The position numbers were made by a program, and so were the translations under genes. A model generated the notes under the pieces. It was not told the DNA's origin. It ran no database searches and saw only the letters and a program-made list of their open reading frames with translations. Below, one piece after another: positions 1 through 13,156 of a stretch of DNA of 64,000 bases (positions are counted from its first letter, which is position 1; the number at the start of each line of letters is the position of its first letter). The DNA is from Narcine bancroftii (taxonomy: Eukaryota): assembly GCF_036971445.1 (NCBI RefSeq), contig NC_091474.1:73222001-73286000 (forward strand), read 5' to 3'.

Positions 1-195
1 AGGTGTTTGTGGAGGCCTGGTCATTGGGTGTATTTAAGGCAGAGATTGATAGGTTCTTCATTGGCCAAGACATCAAAGGTTATGGGGAGGAGGCCAGGCA
101 GTGGGGCTGAGTGAGAAAATGGATCAGCTCATGATTAAATGATGGGGCAGACTCGATGGGCTGAATGGCCCAATTCTGCTCTTTATTATCTTATG
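1..195 (+). mobile_element. CR1 LINE 3' end fragment
   Basis: Typical CR1 3' UTR ending gatgggctgaatggcc...tcttatg. Confidence 0.7.
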
Positions 196-636
196 AACAT
201 TCCTCCGATGTATTTGTATTCAAAGTGTTGCAGCAACAAACAATTTTCAACTGCTCAATATTAGAAAAGCACACTGTATGTGTGTTAATGAACAGTGCAT
301 TGAATACAACGTGACTCAGTGAGGCACTTCCTACAACCCAACCCCGACAGATGAAAGGTCGAAATTTCAATGCTCGCCAAGTTCAAAATGAAGGCTCATG
401 TGTGATCCCCAGGCAGATTTGTCAATGAGCTGCTTAATTGTAAAGCTTGCTCCTGTGACACTGAAACTCAAATTGATCACTTTCAACTAACAAATGTAAG
501 TAACTAGCACCTCCTGCTGCCGAGTGAAAGACAAAAGTCTGCAGATGCTGTGATTATAGTAAAAATACCTGTAGTCAAAAATGCTGGAGGAACTCAGGTG
601 GTCTTTTCAACATCCATGTGGTGGTGGGGGGAGGGG

Positions 637-643
637 GGAGAGA

Positions 644-687
<44 letters not shown>

Positions 688-690
688 TAG
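637..690 (+). repeat. (GA)n microsatellite
   Basis: Read directly. Confidence 0.95.
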
Positions 691-974
691 ATCACCAATA
701 TATCTTTGTCTCCTCTACACACTGCGAGACCGGCTGAGTTCCTCCAACATTTCAGTGTGCTTTTACCTCCTGTTACCTGGCAGCATAGTTTACATTCAAA
801 CAGAATAGATGGCACATCATTGGGAGGCTCTACAAGCCATGAAGGTCAAACATAAAGCTATAAAATCAAAATGATTAAATCATGTTCAATAAAACACCAG
901 GTCACAAGCGAGAAAAATTGCACCAATGTTCCTGCTGCAGGTTTAGTCCACCTTCAGAAGGGTGGGGAGAGGAG

Positions 975-1757
975 AACACAAGAAATAGGGGCAGGAGTTG
1001 GCTATCCGGACCATTGAGCCTGCTCCCCCATTCAGTGGGATCATGAACAATCTGATGATTGGCTCATCTCCACCTACCTGCCTTTTCCTCATATCCCTTA
1101 ATTTCCCCCATCCAACCTTGTCTTAAATATATTTACTGAGGTACCTCCACCGCTTCAATTCCACAGATTTATCACCCTCCTCATGTCCATCCAAAATCTA
1201 CTACCCTGAATTGGAGGCCATGTCCCCTAGTCCTAGTCTACCCCAACAATGGAAACTATTTTATCGATACCTTTCACAATTTTATACATTTCTATAAGAT
1301 TTCCTCTCATTCTTATAAATTCCAGTGAGTACAGTCCCAGGTGACTCAATCTCTCCTCATAGGCTAATCCCTTCATTTCTAGAATCAACCTGAACCTCCT
1401 CTGCATCACCTCCAAAGCCAGAAAATCCTTCCTCAAGGATACCAGAACTGCACGCAGTTCTCTAGATGCAATCTCACCAGTACCTTGTACAGTTGCAGCA
1501 GAAACTCCGTGCTCTTAAATTCAATCCCTCTAGCAATGAAGGCCAACATTCCATTTGACTTCTTGATAGCCTGTGGTACCTGAAAACCACTCTTTTGCAA
1601 TTCATGCACAACCACTCCCAATTTCTCCTGCATGGCAGCATGATGTCATCACCTGCCATTTAAATACTCTGATCTTGCACTTTCCTTCTAAAGTGAAGAA
1701 CCTCACATCTGCCAACATTGTACTCCATCTCCCAGACCCTTGCCCACTCACTTAACC
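975..1757 (-). mobile_element. CR1 LINE 3' fragment
   Basis: Peptides LYKVLVRLHLENCVQFW and AYEERLSHLGLYSLE. Confidence 0.88.
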
Positions 1758-1780
1758 TATATATATATATATATATATAT
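1758..1780 (+). repeat. (TA)n microsatellite
   Basis: Read directly. Confidence 0.95.
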
Positions 1781-3445
1781 TCAAACTCTCCATATCCTCT
1801 GCATAATTTGCTTTTCAACTCAATTGACTTAAAGGATAACGTTTTCAGGGTAGGAAGAAGTTCATCTCCCATGGACGGTGCAAGACCTGCTGAGTTCCAC
1901 CATTATTTGTGTGTTTCCATCACCCTATGAACTTATGGTTATGACATGGTTTTCTTAACAGCGACATGTGAAATGTTTCCAGTCTTTGCAAGTGGAAGGA
2001 TTTACTGCCTAGTGTTTCAGCTTTCAAGAGCAAATATCCAATTTACACCTTGCACAGAACAACCACCGATAAACGAAAGTTATTCTGTGGTGCTAAGTTG
2101 GAGTTTTCATTGTTTGTGAAGGGCACGTTACAGGCTAGCACACATCTTCACCAAACAAACAGTGCTCGGTTCCCAGAAGGTGGAAGTCAACACATGTGGA
2201 TCACCTTCCAAGACCCACTGAGCTTCATAATCTCAAAATAACAGAGGAAAGATGTGGTCATTTGTTTTGCTTGGAAAATAGGACAATGAATTTCCATAAA
2301 AGGTAAAGTTTATACACTAATAATGACTCATTCACCATATCTGACATGTTGAATTGGGGTGAAATGTCAGCCATCATTGAGAGAATAGTCAGCTCATGAC
2401 ATAGGTACTTGTATGCTCATGTAGACAGACAAGACTTCAATCTCCTTTGGCTCTTCTCTGGATAACCGTGCACTTTCATTGCAGAGAAAAAAACTAAGGA
2501 GTTTGTACATTCTCACTGTGTCTGTGTGGGTTTTCCCCGAGGGCTCTGGTTTCCTCCCACTGTTTGAAATGTACTGGGGGTGTAGGATAATTAGGTGTAA
2601 ATTGGGTGGCACAGACTCATGGGCTGAAACGGCCTGTTATTGTGCAGGATGTCTAAATTTAAATATTATTTTTTAAATTAAAAAATTTAATTTTGAGGTG
2701 GTCCACTCAACAATGGAACACACAATATTGTGTTAAAGCATCAGCCTGGTCACTCTCAGGGCCCAGATGGGGTTTACACTCACAATCAACGTGATTGCTG
2801 AAGTCAGCCTATGCCGACTTACTTCATGCAGCACAAGAGGTCAATCAGCCCATTGATCCTTGCTAGCTCTCAGTGCTGTCCCCCCTTTTAATCCCAGAGC
2901 CTCAACAACTAACTGTATTTTTCTCCCTCTCGCCCATCCATTTCCCCTTGATCCTCTCCATCCATCCACTCACCCACACTGGGCAGAATTCACAGTGGCC
3001 TACCAGTTCTTTGGGTTCTGTGAGGACACTGGAGTGCCCAGAGGTCACATGACTGACCAAGAAGGCTGGTTCCTTCATGAGTTTACCACTTCTCCAAAAC
3101 TGCATCAATGCAGTTAGCTTAGATTTTACACCTAAAGCTGTGGAGTAGGACAGTCTTCTAATTCAACATTAAATGAAGTACGTCAATGAAAGCCAATATT
3201 GACCATTTAAGCTTTAACTTGCAAACAGTGATCTATTACTCTCCAGTGATTTGTGGAATCATACAAACCTAGCTACAGGAAACAGTTGAGAGACAAAGCA
3301 TTCCTTGCCTTGGAATGGAATTACCCACTGACACACCAATCAAGCAGGACCCATCAAGGATTCCTCTATAAAAAGACTTCCCCATGTGATGTGCTGATTG
3401 ACATTAGTACGGGATTTGCCATCAATGGTTCATTTTTCCACTTAC

Positions 3446-3552
3446 TGAGTCAACAGTGGACAATAGATGCACAGCCTGCAGCAGCTTCCACCCATCATTG
3501 CTCCCTTCTCGTTGCCTTTGGAAGTGTTTCTCAACAGCGAAACGTGCTTCAC
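3446..3552 (-). CDS. WDFY4: WDFY4-like coding exon 3
   Basis: Acceptor ctcttgtggcag|GT, donor TCA|gtaagt; 107 nt; EARFAVEKHFQRQREGSNDGWKLLQAVHLLSTVDS. Confidence 0.85.
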
Positions 3553-6500
3553 CTGCCACAAGAGCATTACAAATTCACTTTTATTACAGAATTCTAATTG
3601 CATCAAGTAATATTCCACTTTAAGTTTCTTCAGCATTCGGTGTGCTTTGCAAAAGGACTTTTAATTTAATTTAGACATATGGGATGGTAACTGGCCATTT
3701 TGGCCCACGAGTCCATGCCGCCCAATTTACACCCCCCCCCCCCCCACCCCGGTACATTTTGAATGGTGGGAGGGAACCAGAGTTCCCGGGGAAAACCCAC
3801 ACAGACACAGGGAGAACATACAAACTCCTTACAGACAACACAGGATTCGAACCCTGGTCCCAATCACTGGCGCTATAAAGGCACTGCGCTAACTGCTACA
3901 TTAGCCATGCCATCCCCTTTAATAATACTGGAAGAAGAGACTAATGTGTCTCCCTGCATTAACAATGAAGCCCAAACAAAATGAAGTCACCGTTGATGAG
4001 TTACAATCTTTACAATTCAGGCTAGGCCACACTGTTTGCACACAATGGTCATACACTTGTGTTTGTGGGGCCATGGAAGACTTATGAAAAGCTATCCAAT
4101 TGCCATATAAAGCCTCTGTGTCCCCAGATTACTTTTGAAGCCTCATTTTAAGCTTACAAACATTGGTCTATTTCTAAAACACAAATTGGCCATTTCTGGG
4201 GCAGGTTTATTCTTGATTCAGCAGGATTAATCTGCAATGAAAATTGTCTCCAACACTTGACTGGGGTAGTGCATTATATCATCACAAGGTTTTCAGTCTC
4301 CCGTCTGAGAAACTTTACCTTTCTCTCCAGAAAGTTTCACTCATTGGAATTGGTAAGCAAAGATGTGATAAAACAATCCACAAAAATGGATTCCGGTGGT
4401 TCTAGGTTTGATTCTGGTGTTAGAATCTCGATAAAAGGACCTGACCTGAAACATGGGCTATTTCAACCATGGGATGCTTCCTGATTCGCTGAGTTCCTCC
4501 AGCTATTTAATGGTTGCTCTTCATCCTGCTGTTGTTCTTTTAAGACATGACAAGGAGCAGCCATGTGGGAGGCTATTCTCCTTTCCAAGACAAGCCAGAG
4601 AGGGGGTTCCACATTCAGGACAGATCATTCATGTCCCAAATTGGACATTACCCTTTGAACTGAGATGTAATATTCCAACTGAAACTGCATGGATCCTAAT
4701 GATGATGTGACAGTGGCACATAGTATGGTTCATTGAAAGGAAAGTTGTGATGGACTGTTTTCACTGAGGAGGTAACAAGAAGGATGAATGAGGAAGCTGC
4801 ATATATCATCTGCATGGCTTCAGATAGCTTCCACACATCTGCATGTCAAATAAGTAAAGGTCCGTGGGATTGTTGGGAGAGTAGTTAAACTGGATTCAAA
4901 GCTGACTCAAATGGAAGAGGTTCCCACCATTTTGTTCGGGTGCTGCCGACATTTTGCTCATACCTTGATACCTCTGTAGCCACATGGTCACGATGAATGG
5001 TACTGATTTAATAAGCTAGCAATGTGCACAGAGAGCAAAACATGAAAATCTGCAGTAGCTGTGGTTGAAGTAAAAGCACAACCCTGGAGAAAATCAGTAG
5101 CTCAAACAGCAGGCTTTATATAGCAGAGATAAAGATACATGGGCAAAAGATATATGGGCAAAACGTAGGCAGGTGCATGTAAAACAAGGTTGTAAATTTG
5201 ATTACGAAAATTGTCAAAAAATGTTCTGACCAAAACAAAATAATAATCTCTCAGTGGTTGAACTTCCCCTCTCCTCCCAAACCCCCCTTCCCTTCTCTGG
5301 TGGCACGTGGGGTTGTTACAGGTGATCTGTGGTAAGTAAAGTTGGTCAGTTGATGAAAAAAAGTTATGAACCACTGGCAAAAGGGATGAAGAATCCCTGG
5401 AACAGTTAGAAAGTATGTGGGTGTGCACTTGAAGAACGCTGATCTGCAGGGAAATAGAACTTGTGCCAGTACATTGAGCTGGAGAGCTCTTTCTGACTTA
5501 GACAGACATGAGGGAGCGAGTGCCCTCTTTGTGTCGAACATTTACTATGGTCCCCTGAACCATTCTGCACACTTTTTTTGCAGTCAAATGTTCCGAGCTT
5601 CCAAAGATCATTTAAAGTATCAAACAAAATTTTATGCCAAGACATGCAAAAATATGCTTGGAGAGCTGTCCAAAAGTTTTGTCAAAGAGGAAAGTTTTGA
5701 GGGTCATGGAGATGTTTAGGGAGGGAATTCCAAAGTTTTAGGCCAAGATAACAGAAGGCAGGCCTGCTGCAATTTAACCCATGGGTGAACAAAGCAGGTT
5801 TGAAATTGTCACTGCCAAAAACTGCACACAAATAATCCATGAATCATCTTAATTAACAGTGCAAATGTTACCTCCTGGTTTGTCACCAAGTTTCCATTTG
5901 ATTGTTTGCACCATTACTCTAGAGGCTTCAATGGAGAATTGAATAATACTCGGGAACTTTGTCATCCAATTATTTGAGACATTGTCAAAAATCTGCAAAA
6001 ACATGAAAAGGATTATTTAGTGTCTTCATTGAGTTGGCTCATCATAGCATCTTTCAACAGAGTGATTAATCTCAGTACATTGGGAGGTGACTGAAGACCG
6101 TCAGACTGAACTAGAATGCTAGATCACGGTGTTTCTCTCCCCACAGCTGTCAACCTCTCAGGTCTAAAGCAATTGAAATGACCTGAAGCATTCAAAGCTC
6201 CGGTTCCACAAATCCTGGCTGACAGATTAATATTTCCAACATATTCCAATTAATTTCAGATTTTATCAGCATTCCCTCCCAAAAATACACCATTACAGTA
6301 AAGCCCCTGGTATCCGGCACCTATGGGGATCGATAGATGCCAGACAAGTGTAATTTCTGGTTGCATGAGACTTACACTTACAATGCCCAACTAATACACT
6401 TGCATTACAAATAAATAGTTTAAAAAACAAAAATACTACACTGTACTTACACATAACAAACTTCACTTGCATGAATATATAAACCTTAAAGCACTTTACT

Positions 6501-8223
6501 TTATTTTCAGTCACATTTATTGAATACATTTAACCATCGCTGCATCTGCAGGTTCTTCCCCCTCCACGGAGCCACCCAAAAAATGAACAATAACATTAAA
6601 GATAATTAACCCCCTCAACCCCAAGTTTACAGATAAAGCCTCTGACTGGGGCAACTCTTACTAAGCAGGGATAAGGACACTTTAAGAGAGTCACACCAAC
6701 AGTGAGCGGCATCAACCAGCTCTTTATCCTGGGCGACGCCATTGCTGTTTCACACAACTTTTTTCAAACAGCTGCTACGAGCAAAGCCTGACCAAGGCCC
6801 TCCGCTGGCTGAATATTTACTCCCATCTTCACCAAGGAAACTAAATCTGGCTCTAACACTACTGACAAAAGGAAAAACGTTGGCTCAGGCCCGAAACATC
6901 AGCAATATATCTTTATCTTCTATGGACGCTGTGAGACCAGCCAAATTCCTCCAGCATTTCTGTGTCTTTTTACTACAATCACAGCGTCCGCAGACTTTTG
7001 TGTTTCACTCCCTGCTCTAACACTGTTGAGCACTTTTATGCAGCTTGCTACACATTAGCTGGTGTGACAAGTCCATGACAAACCTAGAGACAGAAGGGAC
7101 AGTCATCTGGGACACAGATCTGAGGAGAAAAAATGGAATTGAAATGAAAAGACCTTTTCTTACAAGAGCAAATAGACAAATCTGAATATTCAAGGTATGT
7201 GAAATAAAAAACTGAAAATGCTGGAAATGTTCAGCAGGACAGCATCTGTGGGGAGAGAAAGATAAGAAATGATTCAGATCGGTGACTCTTCAGAGAGTCG
7301 AAAAGCATGGAATCAGGCCCTTTGGCCACACTTGGCCATGGCTAACAGGATGCCCTGGGGGCAGCAAGGTGGCATAGCAGTTACCTTTACAGCGCTAGCA
7401 ATCGTGACCAGGGTTCAAATCTCGCACTATCTGTGAGGAGTTTGTACATTCTCACCATGTCTGCATGGGTTTCCCTTGGGGGGGCGGGGGGGGGGCTCTC
7501 TGGTTTCTTCCCACTGTTCAAAACATACCAGAGGTTGTAGGTTAATGGGGTGCAAATTGGGCGGTATGCATTCATGGGCTGAAATGGCCCTGTTACTGTG
7601 CTGTGCGTTTAAATTTAAAATTAAAATTTATATTTATCCAGGTCCATTTGTAAAAGCTGTCATTTATTTGACCTCAACTGCTAACCTTGTATTCCAAATT
7701 GTAACCACTCTCTCAAGTCTCCTCAAGGTACTTTTGCCAATCACCTTAATTTTATGTCCACAACTTGTTGAACCTTCCACCAATGAAGAAGGTTTTCTCT
7801 GCCTACTTCATCTCCACCCTTCATTATTCTGAACTTCTTTGTCAGATCCCCACACTCTTCTGTACCAGGGAGAACAATCTCAGTTTCTCCACTCTATTCA
7901 CATGGCCCAGTGCCTCTCCCTTGGAACTATTTTGGTCAATCACCTTCACTCCTTTCCCCACACAGACCGTCCCCAAGTTACTTTTATCCTAAATCCAAAC
8001 CAAGTGGTGATACCATGCAGGTGGTTGTATCAAGAGCACGAGAAGGTCAAAGTACCTGGAGGAAGAGAGAGAGGAGGCTGTTCCAGGACTTCTCTTTCTC
8101 ATCCTGAGTGAGAACTGGGAGCAAGTGCAGGTAGTCAGAGATTTGCCTTTCCAGAGTCTCGAGATCCGTGACTTTTGTGTCCACCTGGTCCTTAGTTTTC
8201 AGCTGCTGTTTCGGTTTCTCCAT
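3446..8223 (-). CDS. WDFY4: WD repeat- and FYVE domain-containing protein 4-like (BEACH family), N-terminal coding exons; gene continues beyond left edge
   Basis: Exons 8223-8056, 5992-5872 and 3552-3446 have canonical AG/GT sites and compatible phases (0,1,0). Joined peptide MEKPK...LETLERQISDYLHLLPVLTQDEKEKSWNSLLSLFLQ|IFDNVSNNWMTKFPSIIQFSIEASRVMVQTIKWKLGDKPG|GEARFAVEKHFQRQREGSNDGWKLLQAVHLLSTVDS resembles the human WDFY4 N-terminus as remembered (LERKFLEY...SLLPLFLK|...LVGKPA|EQARLA...DGYLLLKSVYVLTGTDS). Confidence 0.85.
5872..5992 (-). CDS. WDFY4: WDFY4-like coding exon 2
   Basis: Pyrimidine-rich acceptor ending tttgcag|ATT, donor G|gtaac; 121 nt; IFDNVSNNWMTKFPSIIQFSIEASRVMVQTIKWKLGDKPG. 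Confidence 0.85.
7357..7630 (+). mobile_element. tRNA-derived HE1/V-SINE-like SINE (representative copy); others at ~2495-2670, 3655-3910(-), 19500-19695(-), 31265-31515, 33470-33675, 39190-39375, 42345-42535, 56660-56830, 58615-58850(-), 59460-59690(-), 63600-63800
   Basis: A-box/B-box-like head (GGTTCAAAT), conserved core GAGTTTGTAC...GGTTTCCTCCCAC, AT-rich tail. Confidence 0.8.
8056..8223 (-). CDS. WDFY4: WDFY4-like first coding exon (exon starts 8235, ATG at 8223)
   Basis: Acceptor tttgttgcatcag|ACAG, donor CAG|gtactt, 56 codons, phase 0. Confidence 0.85.
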
Positions 8224-8714
8224 ATCTCTTTCTGTCTGATGCAACAAAGAAGGGGCCGTCAGGTGATAGAAAACAAGGGTAAATATTATACACTGAGAAG
8301 GGTAGAAGAGAAAATACAGGAAAAGTTAAAACATGAGAATAAAGTGAGTCAACTTTCACTGGGCCCTTGGAGAAGTGAGTTGGAACAAGAAAGTCAGCAC
8401 TGATGCAAATCACCGGTGACGAACCTGACTAATTGTTGACAAACTGCAGTTGAAACCTTGTGCAAACTAAGGGAAGCTAGAGGAATTCAGCAGATTGAAA
8501 TGCATCCGTGGAGAGAAACGGACAGTCAACGCTGGGTCTTGACCCTTTAATCAAGTCTTTTAGATGTAATAGAGAGAAATGATGAAGACAATGAAAATAT
8601 ACAAATTTGGAGAGGAAGCAGTGAACATTGTCAACCTGGGTATGCAGGAAACGCTTGACAAACAAGTTCCTAAAAAGGGTGGTTAGCTGTGGAAATAAAA
8701 AGATCAGTGACATA

Positions 8715-9130
8715 ATGGAATGAAGTGCAGCCAAGATTCACCAAACTGGTCCCTCGCATGGTGGGTACGTCGTGTGATGAGAGACGGTGTAGGCGAGGCA
8801 TCTCATTTCTAAAGTTCAGAAGAATGAGAAATGATGACATTGAGATCCAGGAAATTGTGAGAGGCGTCCACAAATGGATGGGGTCTATAACTTGGGGTCA
8901 CATTCTCAAAATGAGAGGGAAAATGTTTAGCAGTGAAGTGAAAGTAAATTTCTTCACTGGAAGGGTGGGGAATCTTCAGGATTCTTCACCCTGAAAGGCA
9001 GTGGAGCAGTTATTGATTGCCTTTCATAGATCTTGGATACCAAGGGCTTATGGGCATGGTGCTGGATAATGACATGGAAGCAGGTCTGGATGAATGGCAG
9101 GGCCAGGTGCTCCTTGCCCTATTGTCATTT
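8715..9130 (+). mobile_element. Degenerate CR1 3' fragment
   Basis: QPRFTKLVP...NFFTGRV peptide. Confidence 0.7.
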
Positions 9131-9398
9131 CAAGTCAATGGTATCAATAAGGCCATTCACATAAGGAGCTGGCCCCTCACCACTCTACCCAGAGGCTTCA
9201 GACATTTTTTCACACTTAACCCAATCCAACATGATCCCATCAACTTCAATTTGGTAAGCTAACAAGTGGATATTTCATCTAATATAAAATTCTGTTCACT
9301 TTCTGGACAGTGACAGGATAGTTTACTCTCCACATAATGGACAACACAAGACATTGGAACTGAAGAATCACATAGATGAGAACCGTAATAAAACTCAC

Positions 9399-9612
9399 CT
9401 GATTGTAACAACCACCCGCGACAGATTCAAGTTCCACTGGAGCGTGCAGAGTTTACATCTGCGATCCTCTCCAAACTAGCAGCTTCATCTCTCCTTCAAA
9501 TCATCGAACTGACAATGTAATCCACGTTAAAACACAAGCATGCTTCCCTTGCCTCGTTCAGTTCTCAGTCTGTGACTGGTGAACAGGCACCTCAAGTCAC
9601 AGGGCTTACTTC
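9399..9612 (-). other. WDFY4: Probable non-coding 5' UTR exon of the WDFY4-like gene
   Basis: Strong donor CAG|gtgagt and acceptor cttcttcttttatcag. Non-repetitive sequence with stops in all frames, 1.2 kb upstream of the ATG exon. Confidence 0.5.
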
Positions 9613-12289
9613 CTGATAAAAGAAGAAGTGATTGAAATGTGGGCTGCCCTTTCCCAATAAAACTTTGCAGAAGTTGTGTGAGCTTAAAAAAAAAATCATT
9701 GCACACTGTCCATTCTACCAGTTAGGTGGAGAAACAGGCAGTTCTGGAAATGTTAACTTCTGGTTGGAATTAGCAATGACTGAAGAGAACATAGATTTAA
9801 GGGAATTGAAAGCCAAAGGCACGGCAAGAGGAGGGGGTTGGAAATGAGAATATGGTTGGCGGTTATAATCTAGAATCCACAAGCTGAATACAGACTCATC
9901 AGGACAAAGTGGAACTAGAAACAAAGCAAACTCACAGCGCTGTGGGATTTGGGCCAAAGAAGGCCCATCTTCAAAAACAAGAATGGCCAGGGGCAGATGG
10001 AGATTGGACAGATTGCTCCTTCAAGAACAATCCAGCACACCTTCAGGCCCTTTGGCCCATCATGTCTGTGCTGACCATGATGCCAATTTAAACTGCACGT
10101 CTGCCTGAACGTGGTCCATATCCCTCCATTCCCAGCCTGTTCATGTGTCTGTCTAAATAAATGCTGCTATCCCCTGGCAGGGCTCCAGCAACCTACCACT
10201 CTGTGTGTAAAAAAAAAGTTCACTCTGAGTGTAATAAAAATGTTCCTCATAAATATCTTTTAAACTTCCCCCCTCCCTCATCTTAAAGCAATGCCCGCTA
10301 GTGTCTAACATTTCCACCCTGCAGAAAGGGCTAAACATCTACCCTCCATTTATCCACTCCTGAATCTGTGGCATGTAATTCCTGGGAGTAATCCAGTTTT
10401 ATTGGAGGGAAAGACCCCAATGAGTTAAGAGAGCACGCTAATGCCTTTGGCAACATAGCAGGATCATGATGTCATTGAGTCCATGTATACAGAGGCTCTT
10501 CAACCCATCACATTCATGCTGACCTTTAGGCCACCAACCCTAATCCCATTTATCCGTACCTTTCCATGCTTAAATGTAGTGACTGCATCTGACTGCATCA
10601 CCCTCCTCTGGCAGTGAGTTCCAGATACTAATTACTTGCAAAAATAGTTTCCTCTCAGATCACCTTAAAAGCATTACCCTGTCACCCTAAAACAGGGTGA
10701 TGCTTGTCTAACCCAGTGATTCTCAACCTGCCCTCCCCCCCACCCCCACTCACATACATACCACCTTAAGTAATCCTTTACTAACCACAGAGGACCTATG
10801 GCATCCTATGGGTACTCTGCAGTTAGAAAGAGATTAAAGGTGGTATGTGAGTGGAAAAAACAAGGTTAAGAACCACTGGCTAACCTCTCCCCATATCTCA
10901 TACCCTCTAATCCAGGCAGTCTTGGAAAATCTCTTCTGTACTTTGTCCAAAGTTTCTATATCCTTCTTGTAATGGGGCGACCAGAATTGCTCACAATAGA
11001 TAGAGTGTGGCCTGATCAAAGTGATATCCAGTTGCAACATGACTTCTTTCCTTTTGCACTCAATTCCCTACCCAATGGAGTCACCTTATCTACTTACATG
11101 ACCACTGGCAAAGAGTTATGGATGTGGGTTTTTACAATCAGGAGGGACATGATGGGCTGAATGACCTCTTTCTGCATTGTGCATCATTCTGATCTATGGA
11201 GCCACAGCTCACAATGTGAGACCACACTTGCATTATTGCTCACTGCACGTCCCCCAAAGGAATTAGTCCCCCAGACTAATTTACATCGGTCTGACAATTT
11301 GTCAGCTTCTCCAACGTGGTCGAGTTTCACTTCTGTTTCCTGGATTGTTTTTTTTTGCAACCATTGCCTTATTTTGAAAACAACTTGTAGAAGGAACTAG
11401 GGACCTTTGTTCCTTTTCAAATCCCCCTTGGACCTAATCATTTCATATCAGTGACTGCCTATGTTCACTGAAGAGTTTCTATGTAAACCAGCAATTCTTT
11501 TATTTATCATTGCCTGCATTGTACAAATAGGCTGACTGAGCACGTGACCTATTGCCAGGCCAGTACTCTGGAACCTGAAGTCAGCCAGTCACGGTATCTA
11601 ATGCAGCAACACCACCATTTGGATGTTTTAAGAAACAAGGAACATACCTTGAAGAAGGGCTCAAGCACGAAACATTCTGTATCCATATCTTTGCTACACA
11701 AAGTCCACTGTTTGACCTGCTGAGTTTCTCCAGCATTGTGTTTTTACTTAATTCACAGTGTCTACAGACTTGTGTGTTTTACCACTCCAAGTATCTGGAG
11801 TTCAGCATTCAACTGGGTTGTTATATCAGTTGGGGTTTCACCAAATTATCCAATCACATAAAAATTCATAAATGTAGTTTTTTTTTTAAAAATCATCCAA
11901 CCACATTTGAGAATTTTGATACAGACATACAACACAGTAACAGCACCCCTTGGCCCACGAGCTCATGCCACTCAATTAACCTACAACCCCTGATACATTT
12001 TGAATGGTGGGAGGAAACCAAAGCCCCCAGGTATCTCCAAATCTGGTGGCTGGTTGCATTGAAGAAGGTTTGCTAAGGATACAGCAGGTCATCTGGCAAA
12101 GTGGGCAGGAGGAATTTAACTCGGATGAGCGCGAGGTGATGCATTTTAAGAAGTTAAAGAAGAGTTGTACTGATACAGTGAATGACAGGGCCTGGGGAGG
12201 GGGGTGTTGCAGAACAGAGCATCCCAAGTACAAATACTTAAATACTTAGCTCCCTGAAGTAGAACGTGTAGTCAAGGCAGTAAGGAAGG

Positions 12290-13000
12290 TCTAAAGCAGA
12301 TGTCATCATCAAAAGGGCACCGAGTACAAGGAGCAGTGCCCAACCTCCTCCCTCATCACCATTCAGGTCCTCAAACAGTCCCTCCAAGTGAACCAACACT
12401 TCACTTGAATCTGCCCGGGTCGTCTACTGCATTCAGTGCTCCCGTTGTTGTCTCTTCTACATCAGATGCAGACTGGGAAATCACTTGGTTGAGTACCTTG
12501 GCTCTGTCCTCCACAACAGCATGGATCTCCCAGTGGCCACCATTTCAATTCCCTATCCATTCCCTTGCTGACAGGTCTGTCCATAGAAATTAGAGGAACA
12601 ATGCCTCATCTTCCATCTGGACACCCTCCAACCAGATGGCATTAACATCGACTTCTTCGGTTTCTGTTGGCCCTCCACCCCATCTTTCCCTATGTCACCT
12701 TTCATCTAGCTCTGTCCCTTTTCTCCTGTCTCCTTTTGCCTCGCTCACAGAGCCCCAAACAACCCACACCCTCTCCCCGTCAATTTTCCCCATTTCCTCT
12801 CTCCTGTGTCCCATCCATATCAAATTAACACCTATGTCTGTTGGTCTGCGCTATCCTTTATTCCCTCCCCAGCCTTTAAATTCAGGCACCTGCCTGCATT
12901 TTACTTATTCCTTGTAGAAGGGGTCAGGCCCGAAACATCTGCAATATATTTTACCTTCAGCGCTGCAAAACCGGCTGAGTTCCTCCAGTATTTCTGGACC
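12290..13000 (+). mobile_element. Penelope-like element fragment (GIY-YIG endonuclease remnant + pLTR)
   Basis: Reads ARVVYCIQCSRCCLFYI (GIY-YIG-like), then pyrimidine-rich tract and gaaggggtcaggcccgaaac motif. Confidence 0.7.
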
Positions 13001-13156
13001 AACATGTCACGTTACAGCAGTATTGGACTTTGGTGACACCACATCTACAATTTTGTGTGCAGTTCTGGTCGCCATACTGCAGGAAGGAGGTGCAGAAAGA
13101 AAAATCACAGGGATGTTATCAGGGTTGGAGGATTGAGTTACAAGGAGAATCTGGAT

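Noticed and set aside
505-522. CTCF-like motif (minus strand GGCAGCAGGAGGTGCTA)
   Set aside because: A single imperfect match next to a repeat, with no supporting context.
2394-2480. Possible next WDFY4 exon
   Set aside because: The peptide does not resemble the expected LxxCLYLFF exon; that exon probably lies beyond the left edge.
7357-7440. tRNA-like A/B boxes
   Set aside because: Heads of multi-copy SINEs; no complete cloverleaf.
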